A stretch of DNA of 63,605 bases, filler included, from Basidioascus undulatus (Eukaryota), in NCBI GenBank assembly GCA_000826855.1. It is 4 parts of 4 records of this genome, joined end to end, with 100 filler letters (N's around TTAATTAATTAA, not from the genome) between each part and the next. Parts side by side here need not be neighbours in the genome. Positions count along the whole stretch, not along the records: positions 1 to 31,777 come from JTLS01000100.1; 3 more parts are not named here. One strand, given 5' to 3'. The notes under the pieces are model-generated. The model did no database searches, was not told the DNA's origin, and saw nothing but the letters and a program-made list of their open reading frames with translations. Both the position numbers and the translations under genes were made by a program. This document shows, in pieces, positions 1 to 12,575 of the stretch (positions are counted from its first letter, which is position 1; the number at the start of each line of letters is the position of its first letter).

Positions 1-2024
1 AAAAAAAAAAAAAAAGCTTCAGTAACCTATCGTTGCGAGGGTACACGTCAGCAAGCGGAAAACAGACCTTCTTCCCCTCTGGCCGGCGCTGGTTCCGGCG
101 CAGCGTCTCCATGCACTGCCCAAGAACCATGAGCGACTTGTTGATGTTTCCCGCCTCGCGGAGGCGGTCGCCTGTACACCCCGCCGAACCTGATCAGCCT
201 TCACGCTGAGGATCGCGCTTGCCAAGCAAAGAGTCGAACGCACCAGTGTTGCCCGTGTTCTTCGTCCGCTCCGACCCCGCGAGGTCCACTATCGAAAGCC
301 GGGAAGTCGTGACGGAGTCGGGGTCCTGCAATCAGCCAAATTAGCGGGAGCGGGCGGGAGGCGAGACAGCGAAGGACACGAGGAGACAGACCTTGGGCGA
401 CCCGCCATGCACGCGCATTATGCGGATGTTGAAGATCGAGTGCGAGCGGGACGACTGGCGGTTCGCGAGCGTCGAGAAGACCTGACGGTTGTGCGTCCCG
501 AGCTCGAGGAGCGCGCGCGCTTCCTACACATCGCCCCACACCCACAACTCCTCAGCACCGGCCCTGCCAAATGACGAAGAGGGGCGGGAAACCAAGCCAA
601 CAACGCACCTCCGGCGAGTCGCACCTGACCTCCCTAAGTCCATCAACGTACTTGGCGTCGGCATCGCGGTCCGCGCGCAGGCTGAGCGCCTTGCGCTTGA
701 CGACGATCACCTTCTTGCTCCCCGCGCTGGCGGTGCTGCTAGTCGCGGACGACGCAGCGCTGAAGCCGCTGGAGGTGGAGCTGGAGGCGTTCATAGATGA
801 GGAGGAGGAGGTCGGGAGGGACTCGAGGAGGTCATAGATCTTCTCGTTATACACTTCCGCGTACGAGATCCAGACCGAGTACTTGTAGTTGCGATCGAGG
901 GGGATCGCTGTGGAGAGGCAGGGTGAACTAATCGCGCTGGGAAGGGGTAGCGGAGTTGGGAGGGCGCACAGGTCGACTCGGCCGGGGGGAACGGGGGAGG
1001 CGGGCCGCCCTGTAGGCGAGGGAGGTGTGAGTGTCCCTGGTTCAGGAAGGATTGAGTGTGAGAAGGGCGTACAGGGAAGACGTCCGCGAACGATTCGGTG
1101 TGGTGCGAGTTTGAGCGCGGGATGCCGAGGATGGTAGAGGACGTCTTTGTCGACTCGACGCCGCAGACCTTGCTCGGGCGGAACTGTCCACGCACTTCCT
1201 TCCTTCAGTCTCCGTCCCAGTCCCCGCCAACGGAACGCAGTGAGGTGCTCACCTCCGGCCCGGCCCTCAGCTCCCCAACGCTATTGAACACGACATCGAT
1301 CGCGCGGGGAATAACGCCCTCCTCGCCCCTCCCCTGTCCTCCCTGAATAGTATACGTCTTCCCCGAGCTCGTAACTCCATACGCAAAAAGAAGCGCATTC
1401 TGCCCCGCCTGGAGGACATCATACAGCAGCGGGAGGGTGGTCTGCTTGAAGAACTCCGACTGCGCCTGCGTCTGGCTCGCGGGCAAGGGGGAGGGGAAGG
1501 GGGAGAAGACGTGCGTGAACGCGTAGCGCTCGGACGTGAGCGCCTGGCTCTGGTGCGTGTGCGGGGCGGAGGAGAGCCGCGGGTGCGCGGCGTGCGCGGC
1601 TGAGGAGGGCTGCTTGAGCTCGATCTCCGTCGGCGAGAGCACGCTCAGGTAGGGCTTTTGCAGCGGCCGCTCGGGTGGGTTCCGCACGCGGAGGTAGGTC
1701 TGCGTTGGCCCGCCCACCCATCGTCAACACGACCTCGCCTTTCGATGTCCTACAGAATGAAAACATTTGAAAACGCACCTTGATCGGCTCCTTATCCGGC
1801 ACATACTGCGCGATGCTAAGCTTGCCTCGCACAGGCGCGGGCGTCGACCCGCCCTCTTGGACGACGACCCGCCGCTTGCTGGGCGTCGCGGTGGTGGCGG
1901 GGTTGCCGGCGAGGGATGAGACGCGGTTCCACATGGGCGGGGCGGGCGAGGGTGCGGGTGCGGCGGCGGCGGCGGCGGCGGCGGCGGCTTTCGAGCGCGT
2001 TGTGCGGGGCGGAGGAGGGGGCAT
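1..2024 (-). CDS. Kinesin motor protein (kinesin-6-like), spliced, 3' part runs off the window
   Basis: ATG at 2024 (MPPPPPRTTRSK-polyAla). Exons give TYLRVR, P-loop AYGVTSSGKTYT, EVYNEKIYDLL, switch I NRQSSRSHSIF (~430-470), switch II SIVDLAGSERT (~262-297) and LREAGNINKSLMVLG (~120-165). Subfamily is inferred from the long insertion inside the motor domain. Confidence 0.92.
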
Positions 2025-2472
2025 TCAACGATAGTGCGGGAATGGAGGGGGGAGAAAGAGAGAGGGAGATGAGGAGGCAGGGAAGAGGAGGCGCGGGGGA
2101 GGGACACGCGCTGGGGCACGTGACTGAAATACAGCCACAATGCAACGCCCGACCAAGTCAAGTGGCCCGCGTACCAGAGACGATTATTGCAGAGGATTGT
2201 TTTGAGAAGCAAAGGCTTTATAACGAATGTGATGGGGACCAGAGATAAGCGCACTCAGAGCGCATGATGAGCAATCCGACACGGTGGCTGTCGACGGCTG
2301 CTGCAGAGCAGTGAGACTGCGGGTGTACTTTTTCGACTTACAGTCGACGAGCATAGATAACAGTGCGCATGCCGGTCAAGGGCAGGCATACGTGCACAGC
2401 ACAGCACAACAGTCTATACTTGCAACACGCCCCACCGCACATCATCAACCCTCTATGTTCCCCTCTCCCCGC

Positions 2473-2880
2473 CTACTCCTCAAACTCCTTCCCCACCAGC
2501 AGCCTGTACGCCTCCCTATACTTCTCCCCCGTCCTGCGCACCACATCCTCCGGGAGCTCCGGCCCGACCTCCGCGTTCTTGTCAAATCCGACGCTGGTCA
2601 GATAGTCGCGCACAAACTGCTTATCGTAGCTCGCTTGGCCCTGGCCGATGGCATAGCCTTCCGCGGGCCAGAAGCGGGACGAGTCGGGCGTGAGGAGCTC
2701 GTCGATGAGGATGAGGCGCGGGGTGCCGGGCGTGGGGTTGTGCGGGGACGAGGGCGAGAGGATCCCGAACTCGAGCTTCGTGTCCGCGATAATTATACCG
2801 CGCGAGGCGGCGTACTCAGCCGCGCGCGTGTAGATGGACAGGGCGGCCGCGCGGATCTGCTGCGAGAGCGGGGCGGGGTC
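2473..2880 (-). CDS. ADE1: SAICAR synthetase C-terminal half only, in frame with the upstream GT31 gene
   Basis: RGIIIADTKLEFG, LIDELLTPDSSRFW, SYDKQFVRDYL and KYREAYRLL match PurC/Ade1 C-terminal motifs. Stop at 2473-2475. No N-terminal GKVRD/DRISA part was found in the window. Confidence 0.9.
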   Translation of the reverse strand, partial: DPAPLSQQIRAAALSIYTRAAEYAASRGIIIADTKLEFGILSPSSPHNPTPGTPRLILIDELLTPDSSRFWPAEGYAIGQGQASYDKQFVRDYLTSVGFDKNAEVGPELPEDVVRRTGEKYREAYRLLVGKEFEE

Positions 2881-4944
2881 GAGCGTCGAGCGCCAGTTGT
2901 GCACGCCCCAGTCGGCGAGGAGCGCGATCGCCGTCTCGTAGAACCACTCGTGCCGCTTCAAGAAGTGCACCACGACGGTCCCGCCCCACTGCACAAGATC
3001 CACAACCATCACGTCAGCCAACTATAAAGTTCCACTCCACCAGGTGCTCGCACTCACCGGACGGTTCTCCATCCGCTCCGCGAGGCTCTCGCGCGGGCTG
3101 CCCTTGGCGCCCTGCGCCTTCTCGTCGTCGCGCAGGCTCTCCTCGGCGCCCTCGACGAGCGCAGCGACCTCGTCGCGGAGGGACATGCCTTCCCGCGGGG
3201 GCACGTACTTGCGCCCCCACTTGGTGACGGTCGAGTACGCCTGCATGCGCTCCTCGCCGCCGCGGCGGAGGGACTCGTGCCGGGACAGGCCGAGGTCGCC
3301 TTCGGTGCGGACGCGGCTGACTTCGGAGGGGAAGAGGAAGCCGTGCGAGTAGACCTGCGCATGGCAACTTCAGCGGCGAGGTTTCTTGTCGCGACCGGAA
3401 CGAAAACGGGAAAGGACGCACAGTTGGCGACTTGGGGTGGTTGTAGATCCAACACCGCTCGCTAGCCCACTTGACCTCGTCGGCGCGGGGATGATGCCGC
3501 ATCCACTTGGCCGTCTGCTTGTCCTCGGCGCCGCGCGTGAGCTGCCGGACGACGGGCGAGCCCGCGACATAGTCGACCAGGTCGCGGCTGAGCGCGTAAG
3601 CCTCGCCAGCCATGAAGCGGTTCTTGACGAGATCTGCGAAGCGGTCATTCCAAGTAAGCTCAGATTATCTGCCGCCGAGATAAGGAGAACCCACAGCCCC
3701 AGTACGTCATTTCCTTCGGTTGGACGCGAAGGTGACGCTCGAGCTCTCCGAGCATGATGAACGAGTCGTCGTCCGCCTTGACGACAAAGTCCGGTTTCCG
3801 CCAGGTCTTCTTGTCCGCAGGCGACGCCGGATCGGGAACGGACGCATTCTCGGCTGCCCACGAGAAATACGCGTAGGTCTTGCCGCCATTCATGTTCTCC
3901 GTCGTGTTGAGGACGATCAAGTCGCCGAAAGCTGTGCAGCAGCCCGCCTGTCAACCAAAACCTGCCACAAGCGTGGGTCAAGTGAAGCCACGCACCTTCT
4001 TGCTCGAGCATGATCTCGCGCGCGAGCTTCCGGCTCGGCTGGCCTAGCACAAACCGGACCTGGACGTTGCGCCCGTCTGTAGGCCCAGCACCGCGAGCCC
4101 ACGTCTCGCGGATGACCATCCGGCGCTCGACGGCCCTGTCCACGGACATGATGCCGACGAGGACGGCGAGCGGTGGGAGCGAGTCGGCGAGCTCGTGGGG
4201 GAACGGCGCGGCGTCTTGACAGTATGTTCGCCATGGTAGGGGTGTTTTATCGGGATTAAGAATGTAGATGATGAGTTGGACAACGGAGAAGATGAAGAGG
4301 CTGAGCGGAGAGGGAAGAAGTTGAGCATCATCGAGAAGCGAGCGAGTGGACAGCAAGGTTGGGTGGGGAGGGAAGACGAAGACGCACCCGACTAGAACGG
4401 CCGACAAAATGATTGTCCACGCCTGCGTAGGAACGTACGGCCTAGTCGTGAACCAGTCCCACGCCCGGCCCATTCGTCTTCGCATCCTCGCGACCGGTCC
4501 CCTCCGCTTCTTCCTCGCCAGCAAGCTCCCCCCCTCCCCAGCTGCCAGTCCGCTCAGGCTGCCGCTGGACGAGCTCGAGCTCAGCCTCCCTCGCGGCTCG
4601 GGCGCGCCGCCGTTCGAGAACCATTTTCGCTTCCGGCGCGAGGGCGAGCCTGGCCTTGACGCGACGGGGGTCACCTGACCGGAGCGGAAGTAGAGAGCGT
4701 CCGTGACGGAGGACTCTATGGAGGTTTGACGGGACATCGCCGGAGAGGCGACGCCCGACGCTGAGGCGCAGCCGGGCGGGGGCGCGTAGAGGTGTGCGTG
4801 GTTGTAGGAGGAGTGGGAGCGGACGGAGAGGGAGGGGGAGGAGCGCGGGCGGAGGAGGTGGCCCGACTCGGTGTCTGGCTCGGAGGACGACGAGTCGTCT
4901 GCCGAAGAGAGCTCGAGCGCCGGGCGTAGTGGACGTGACGGCAT
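2881..4944 (-). CDS. GT31-family (beta-1,3-galactosyltransferase-like) type II membrane glycosyltransferase, spliced; no stop of its own
   Basis: ATG at 4944; TM segment (TIILSAVLVG..LFIFSVVQLIIYIL); ERRMVIRETW, VRFVLG, ENMNGGKT, DFVVKADDDSF (DxD motif), YWG, FMAGEAYALS, GAEDKQTAKWM, terminal GGTVVVHFLKRHEWFYETAIALL. Introns include 4301-4387 and ~2989-3057. Confidence 0.88.
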
Positions 4945-7900
4945 GGCAGGAATAGGAAACTAGGGAGGAGATGCGCAGCGCGACGGGGATGCCGCAGGAT
5001 AGCAGGATGCTGGCTGGCGCGACGCGGAGAGGAGCGGAGAGCGCGTCGCTGCGGACGGTGATACCACGTTAGCTTGACAGACTGCAGGGCGATGTATGCA
5101 GCAAATAAAGAACTTGCCTGCGGTTGATTCCGCCAATCGGCGACTGGGTCTTCGAGGAGAGCGCGAGGGCAAGGGATCGACGGCGTGAACTGGAGGGTGG
5201 CTCAGAAAGGTCAGTCGTCTGACGCTGCCGCACAGTGCCACAGGCTCATGCGCTCAGGCTCGTCGCCGAGCGAGAGGGTGGTGAAAGTCGAGGGTGCATG
5301 GACCTTCTACTAGTGTAGATCTGCTCCCTGTTCGCATGGCATCATGCCGCAGCGCCAGACCCCCTGCTAGCCCGCCATCCCTTGGCTGCGCAACTGGTGC
5401 AGCAGCAACAACACCACCTTTATCCACCGCCTTCGTCGTACCACTGCCCAGTCCGGACCGAGCGCAGCGTCGAGTACTCACAAGGCGCCCAAGCGAGGAA
5501 CGAAAGTCGGCCAAAGCCCCTCAGGAGGCCAGTCTGGCGCGCCTACGAGTGGCGAAGACGGGGCCGGGCGCGTGCGGGTGGACGCGCGCGGTGGACCTGG
5601 AGGGCGAGGTGATATCAGGATCGCTGTCAGCGGTGGCGAGGACGGCGTCGAGAATGGAGATTTACAGGAGTGCAAGGAGTGGAAGGCAGTGGATCTGCCG
5701 AGACACCGCAAGGAAGCGGACAGGCCTGTGGCCGAAGCTGGGGCCCCTCCGCAGCAAGTGCAGTAATAGACGCCGCTCCTTGTGTGTGGCCCTGCTCGCG
5801 CAACAGTCCTCCTTCCCATGCCAACAGCAGGCAAATGCTCACGTGAATTGAGACTGTGAATTATACTCTATACTGTCAGAGAAACAAATGAGTGTGAGTG
5901 ATCGTATCGAAGAGGAACGACGACGGCGGGAAGCGGTATCCACGCGAGCGTGTATGGAAGGCGCCATCCATATTCCGCTTGCAGTCGAAAGTCCGGGCCG
6001 GATTGGTTGCTGAGAATACCCTCTGCCTGCAGCATTTTCAATGTTCCCTCTCATATTGGGATACCTCAACAATCCCAAAATACGCATTGTTGTAGCCATT
6101 GCCCGGCCAGACCAGGGGAAGTTGAGCAGCCACGCGGCCTTGTTGAGTCCAGCGATCTATTTTCCATGATGTGCGGAGTGCTCTGCTGAGTGGAGGCAAT
6201 GCCATGTCGTTGTGCTGAATGTTTTCAGCTGAATAGTAGGCGTGTATTGATTATGCGAAGTGCATGTAAGCATATTTGCAAACTTCAGGTTTTCCTGGAT
6301 CTCCGGAGGTTGCAAGTCAGAGTAAGAGTCACCGCCCCAGTGGGCCTCGCTTCGAACTACATGAAGGTATGCAGTCCAAATCAGCAGACTTTCAGCCACT
6401 AGATACTTGAGAATTGCATAAACCAAGTTGAGATACCAACGTTCAACGTAGTGCTCGCTTCCCATAGAGACAAGAATGAAAATATGAGCGGGTGGCACAA
6501 GTGCTTTTTCGTCTTCCTTTCCTCTCGAATGCAATCACTGTGATGAGCCGCAAGACAAACAACTGCGTATTCTTGTTTCTGATGCACTGTGCAGTGCAAG
6601 GTGAGGCATGGCAACTGAGTCGGAGGTGAAAGGCAGTGCTGTTTGTTTCCATCAAGCTTGAAGAGTGGCTCGATGCCGAAACGGCAAATGCTACTCTACA
6701 CTGAAAGAATTTTGTTTGTGAGCAATGAACTCTCATCTCGGGGCATAGTATAGCGACACAGGTGAGGGTACGAGGCAACGAGGGCATAGGGCATAAATAC
6801 ATGCGAGACTTACGGGGACGACATGGAGACATTTTCCTCGTGGTATTAAAGAGGTACGAGGACTACTCATGGTCAGATAAATGTATGTCAAATATTCCTC
6901 TATCAGGCGAAACTGTGAGATATGGGGGGATCCAGAGGCAAGTCGGACGGGATGCAAATGCACGGGCAGTGCGCAGTCCACAGAGGAGGGTGCAGCCCAA
7001 GTGCTAAGCGCGTGACCAGGACGAGAGAGCAGCGAGGGAAAATCTACGAGATCACTGGCGACGAAGTCCCGCATTGTGAACTCGGGCTTAAAGAGAGAAG
7101 GAAGAGTGCGAGCGGGCGGGGGGAGAGGAGAGCGAGTTGAGTGCCTTGTCCATGTTCAGCAGACGCGCTGTCCTGTTCTTGTCGTGCCTTTGTATTTCTG
7201 AGGACCAGACGTTACCTATCTGATCTGTTTCCTCCCGATCCCGTCCCTTCTGCGCTCATGTTTTCACAACAAAGGGGGTTGGTTCGGAGCGAAGATCAAC
7301 TGAGTGGCCACGGAAACGTCCCCGTTTAAGAAAGATCACCTGTATACCCATGAAGGCTGAATAAAAGAACTCACAGTGGGGGGGATCTCCACACAGTGTA
7401 CTTGGGCTGCCTTGGCTGCAGTGAGCGGACAGGCCAAGCTGAGAGTGAGGTGCGTGATGACTGACTGGTAAGTCTCTTGACACGTGTTTCTGATGTCAAA
7501 CTCAGCTTTGTTAAATTTGAAGTTGTTCATATCGTCTTGTCCAAGAAGCTTCAGTCCTGTACACCTGAAGAAGTGAACGTATTTGGTCTACGTGCATCAT
7601 ACCACATCGGCACGTCCGCAATTACTCCCAGCCCACGCCCGTTTGCTCACGGAGGGAGGGAGCTGTCTTCAAATTCAGGCTCAGTAGATTTCAAGGCCTT
7701 GCTACCGACGACGCTTGCGTTCAAGTAAATTTTACTCGAGGTGTCACACATTTTTCTTATGCCACATTTAAAAGAAGCACCACCAGTGTAATAATAGCGC
7801 CGAAGTGAATCTCGAGTACAACAGGCGCAATGTCGCAGATTTCGAAGCCCGTCGTATCACGGCATTGAACACCTTTGGGCGCAGCCGCTCTTCCGGTTCC

Positions 7901-8809
7901 TTCACAGATAACAGTGGTTCTAAAGTGTTAACTACTGTAGACTGAGGGACCGTTTCACACTGGTGTCCGGAACAACAGCCTTCGGGGGCGTGTCGAACTC
8001 GGTGCAGAAATGCGGTGGCATCCGTTTCCTGACGGAGGTAGAGAGGACCTGTTTTGACTGGGCGGGATACCCTGGCAATGGAACCAGCAAAACAAGAACA
8101 AATATTGCTGCTAAGAACTTACCGAGCATGCGGAAGGGCGATCTGGGAGCTGGTCCATGGTCAGCGTTACAAGCAAACTTCGAGACGCTTCGACTTCTTC
8201 GACACCCTAAGATTAACGTCTCAAAAGCGTCGAGATAAGATAAGTTGAGCTTATGCTGCCACGGTACCGGTGAAAAAAGTTCATTGCCTCGAGGTCTATC
8301 TGTTTGAACCTCAGCAAATTATATGAAGCACGCAGCGTCTTACATTGCAACGTTCAACGGTGTGACTATCAGATATGTAGCATTTTCGACTGCCTCTCAG
8401 TGATTCTTCTCGCAGCCAATGAGAGTCGAGCTTTCAGGCACGTTCTGCTTGTACCTACCCCAACCTGCCCCGCTGGAGTCCCCGCTCTGGGCTGTCGCCA
8501 AGCTGGACGCCATTCCCGAAAGTTTCCCAGGCAGCGGAATCGCATCCTGTCATCGGGCGAGTGTACTCTCTTTCGGGTGTAACAAATTTCAATAGAAAAA
8601 TGCCAAGTCCAGACGCGTCGAGGCGGGTCTATTCTAGGGTGGCTTTGCTCGTGTGACCGCCACCGAAAGTGGTCGCACGACCACTTGCACTAGCTGCGCT
8701 GCGTCTTCTGTTGTCCTTCCATCTCCCTTTCCTCCCGCGTCTTCAACCCCGGGCTACCTTCCCTTTCCCTCCAATCCGCACCGTCCCTACCACCCTTTGG
8801 AGGACCGAG

Positions 8810-11212
8810 ATGGACGCCTTCGCCGGCAAGCCGGTCAACGAGGAGTCGGGCCTCGCCGAGGTCGAGCGCGACGAGCGGCCCACCTGGCTGGTGCGTCTTT
8901 TTCATTTTCTGGCCCTCTCTGCCACAATACTGATATTCTGCGGCAGTTGACTTGGCCTGAGGTGAAACTGCTGGGTATCGCTGGCACAGGGTTCTTATTG
9001 GACGCCTATGACCTCTTCGTGTGCGTCTTCTTTTCCCTGTTCGCTCGCGGTGGCGCCCATCTGACGGTTGCGGTGTTGACTGCAGCATCAACCAAGTCAT
9101 GCCGATGCTCAAGCTGCGGTGAGAATATTATTCAATTGGATTGCTGAGATACGGCCTCTTATGGCAACTGTGACACGCAGGTACTTCCACGACCCGGCCC
9201 ACCCGCTCGACCCTGCTTTGCAGGACTTCGTCAAGGCCGGTGCCAACGTCGGCTGTGTAATTGGACAGCTTCTGTTTGGTTACCTTGCCGACTCCCTCGG
9301 CCGTAAAGCGGTCTACGGGAAAGAGATGTTGGGTAAGGGCTCCAAAGCTGCTGCCAACGAGTCTGCAGTCGAGAAGCTGAATCTTCGGAACGCCTGTCAG
9401 TGATCATCTTCGCGACGATCTTGACTATCTCGGTGCCATCATACCTTAACCCGACGGGCGTCATGGTCTGGCTCGGTGTCTTCCGCATCGTCCTTGGAGT
9501 TGGGTGGGTCACTTCGCCAATGAAAGTGCACGAGCTTCTGCTTATGGAGCGGCGGTGCCGATGAACAGTATCGGCGGTGATTACCCCATGAGCAGCACCA
9601 TCACGAGTGACCGCGCGTCCATCCAGCGCCGTGGTGTGCTCTTGACGTTCATCTTCGCCAACCAGGGTGTGTTTCACCTTTTCACAGACAGCACACTGTG
9701 GTGGCTGACCTTCCGTGCGGTCTAGGTTGGGGCTCGCTTTTGGCCTCCCTTATCACCATGATCGTCCTCGGCGGCTTCAAGTCGTCCATCGAGCACGACG
9801 TTAACAACATTGACAAGGGTCTGTTATTGCGCGGCCTTGTACCCGTCTCGACGCTGACCTCAGTTTGACATCTCAGCCTGGCGTGTCATTATCGGACTCT
9901 CGCTCGTTGCCGCGCTCTCTGTCGTCTACCAGCGCCTGACGCTGCCGGAGTCGTCCAAGTTCAAGCAGTCGCAACAGATGCAGGCCGAGGGCGACGATGC
10001 GGTTAAGAAGGGCACCGTGCTCGGCGTGCCCGAGGAGAAGGACGAGAAGGAGCTGCAACAGGCGGCAGAGCTCGCGGAGAAGGATCGCGAGGCCGAGGAA
10101 CTCAAGCAGAAAGAGGTCGAGCTCGGCGCACGGCCTAGCCACGCGAACGAGTTCGTGACCTACTTCTCCGAGTGGCGCCGTACGTCCCTCTTGTCACACT
10201 TCCCACGTTGCAAAGCGTTGGCTTACATTATTTCATTTTTCAGATGCTCGCGTCCTCATCGGTACGGCCGGGACTTGGTTCCTCATTGACATCGCTCTGT
10301 AAGTAATTAGAACTGCTGCAGGAATGCCGGTGCTGACCCACGTCGACTGTAGGTACGGCATCAACCTCAATCAGTCTGTCGTACTCGAGACCATCGGTTT
10401 CGCCGGCAAGAACGGGTCGGAGTGGCAGAAGCTGTTCGACATTGCAACCGGCAACCTCAGTGCGTTGGCCGTTGGCTTGCAGCTGTCCGGTCCGGTCTGG
10501 GCTCACCTCTCCTTCCGCGCCCGTCGCAGTCATCACTGCTCTCGGCTTCCTGCCGGGTTACTACGTCACGCTCTTCTTCATCGAGAAGCTCGGTCGCAAG
10601 TGGATCATGATCCAAGGCTTCCTCATGAACGCGCTCTTCCTCGGCATCCTCGCCGGCCGGTTCCACAGCCTGAGCAAGGTCCCCTTCGTCGTCCTCTTCG
10701 CATTCCTCCAGTTCTTCTTCAATTTCGGCGCCAACACCATTGTAGGTCTCGATATTCTTCTGTCGAAAAATGTCACAGGTACTGATTCTGCACCCAGACT
10801 TACGTGATCGCTGCGGAATCGTTCCCGTACGTTGACACTTTTCGTCTCCGCTCGACTTACTCTCTGCTCACCTGCTTCCTTCACTCAACAGGACTCGTGT
10901 TCGCGCAAGTGCACACGGCATATCAGCTGCCTGTGGCAAGTGCGGAGCCAGTGAGGAATATAATCTTTGCCGCAGGCTGTCCCGATGCTGACCGATCTGC
11001 GTCCCCCAGTCCTGGCTGCGTTCGCGTTCAACACCCTCACCTCGAAGATCGGCACCGACGGCGTGCTCTGGATCTTCCTGGGCGTCTCCTTTTTGGGTGC
11101 TGCCATGTCATTCCTCGTGAACGAGACAACGGGTGTCGACCCCGACGTCCGCGATGCTCAGGAGCGCCAGGCGGCACTGCTCGCTCGGGAGCAGGCCGTC
11201 GCGGCGCAGTGA
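8810..11212 (+). CDS. PHO84: High-affinity inorganic phosphate:H+ symporter (MFS, PHS family), many introns
   Basis: [73 protein letters not shown]. The exons I checked join in frame through GT-AG introns. Confidence 0.92.
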
Positions 11213-12575
11213 CCGCGTTTCGGGCCAGGTATCTTGAGGGACTTTTCTGGGGTTGTACCTCTTCACTGTCATGACTTCACGCATCTCTCATTTGCATGTA
11301 CTCTGACGCATTCATACACTCGCTTCGCATTGTAACGGAAACTGGCTGGGTCAATTGCAGGGACGTCTCGATGAGACTGCATGAGGAGAGTCTGTTCTTA
11401 CCAGAAAAATATCCCAGAAATGTGACGAAACGCTCAGAGTCAGTAACTACCAGTGGAGGATGGGCAGGTGCAGCCACTGCAGAGCGTAACAATGCCAGAC
11501 GGCGATGTCGTGCAGGATCAGCGAGAGCGTGCTTGGACGGAGAATCTGAGGGGACGCAGCTATCTGCTGGATGGTAGCGTATCATGGTAGACGAGGTCGG
11601 GAAAAGTAGCAAGAAGCTCAGCGTACAGGTGCAACCGCGTAACAGCTCGCCCCACACATGCTGACCCATTTCGAGAGCAGTACCGCTCGCATGTATTTTT
11701 TTATTCCTATTTTTTCCCGTCAAATTGCCAAGGGCGGAAGGAAATGACGCTTGTACGCAGACCGGCGGAGAGTGCATAAACAGAGGGACCGCCTTGCGTC
11801 CTTCCCTTCCCAATCCCTCACCAGGTGGTGTGCGTCGTTCAATTCATTTGATGGTGGTGAGGTGCCCACCTCACCATCAATTGAATCCCCGATCTTGCCA
11901 CGGGGTGTCCAGAGCATGTGTGGACTGCTGCGTTGTTCTTGCAGAACTCCCGTGCCGAATTGTTGAGCAGTTTAAGCACCGTCCACAGAGAATTTCCAAT
12001 AGCATCACGTAGGCAATTGCCGGCGCGACTGATCCTTAGCCGAGCGACCGTGTCGTGCAGGATTGGCGACAGTGTGAAAGGAAGGAGTCGAAATCAGATC
12101 GGTAGCCGGGGATCCTGATACCTGCGTCGTTTCGAGCTGTGGACTATTGTGGCAAGTAAGAGAAATAGATGCAACTCTGTAAGGTTAAAACTGAGCGGGT
12201 GCCTGCAGGTAGCGACTCCTGTGTTGCGCCTTCTTCTGTCCATGGAGATTTTATCACTCTCCCATCTGTGTTCGATCTTTCCTAAGGGAATTTTAAATCT
12301 GTTGAGAGGTTATGTAAGCACTGGCTTTGGAGACAGCTGATGTTGAGGACAGCGTTGTGAGCTTGAGTTGACGTAGTCGCATCTCAACCTCTCCCTCTGA
12401 GACAACGACACGCGTTTCCACCTTCTTTGTCCTTCAACCGTGGCCCACAGCAGCCCACAGACTAGCTGAAGCTGTTCGTACATTCCGGTGCGGAGTGTTG
12501 TTGGGCAGAAAACTGCCCACGCAGAATCACGCATCGGCAAGCATTGGCCAGATGAACTTCTGATAAGGACTAGGT

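Noticed and set aside
5294..5851. GC-rich ORFs divergent from the GT31 gene
   Set aside because: No consistent frame, domain or splice structure; also no ADE1 N-terminal motifs here.
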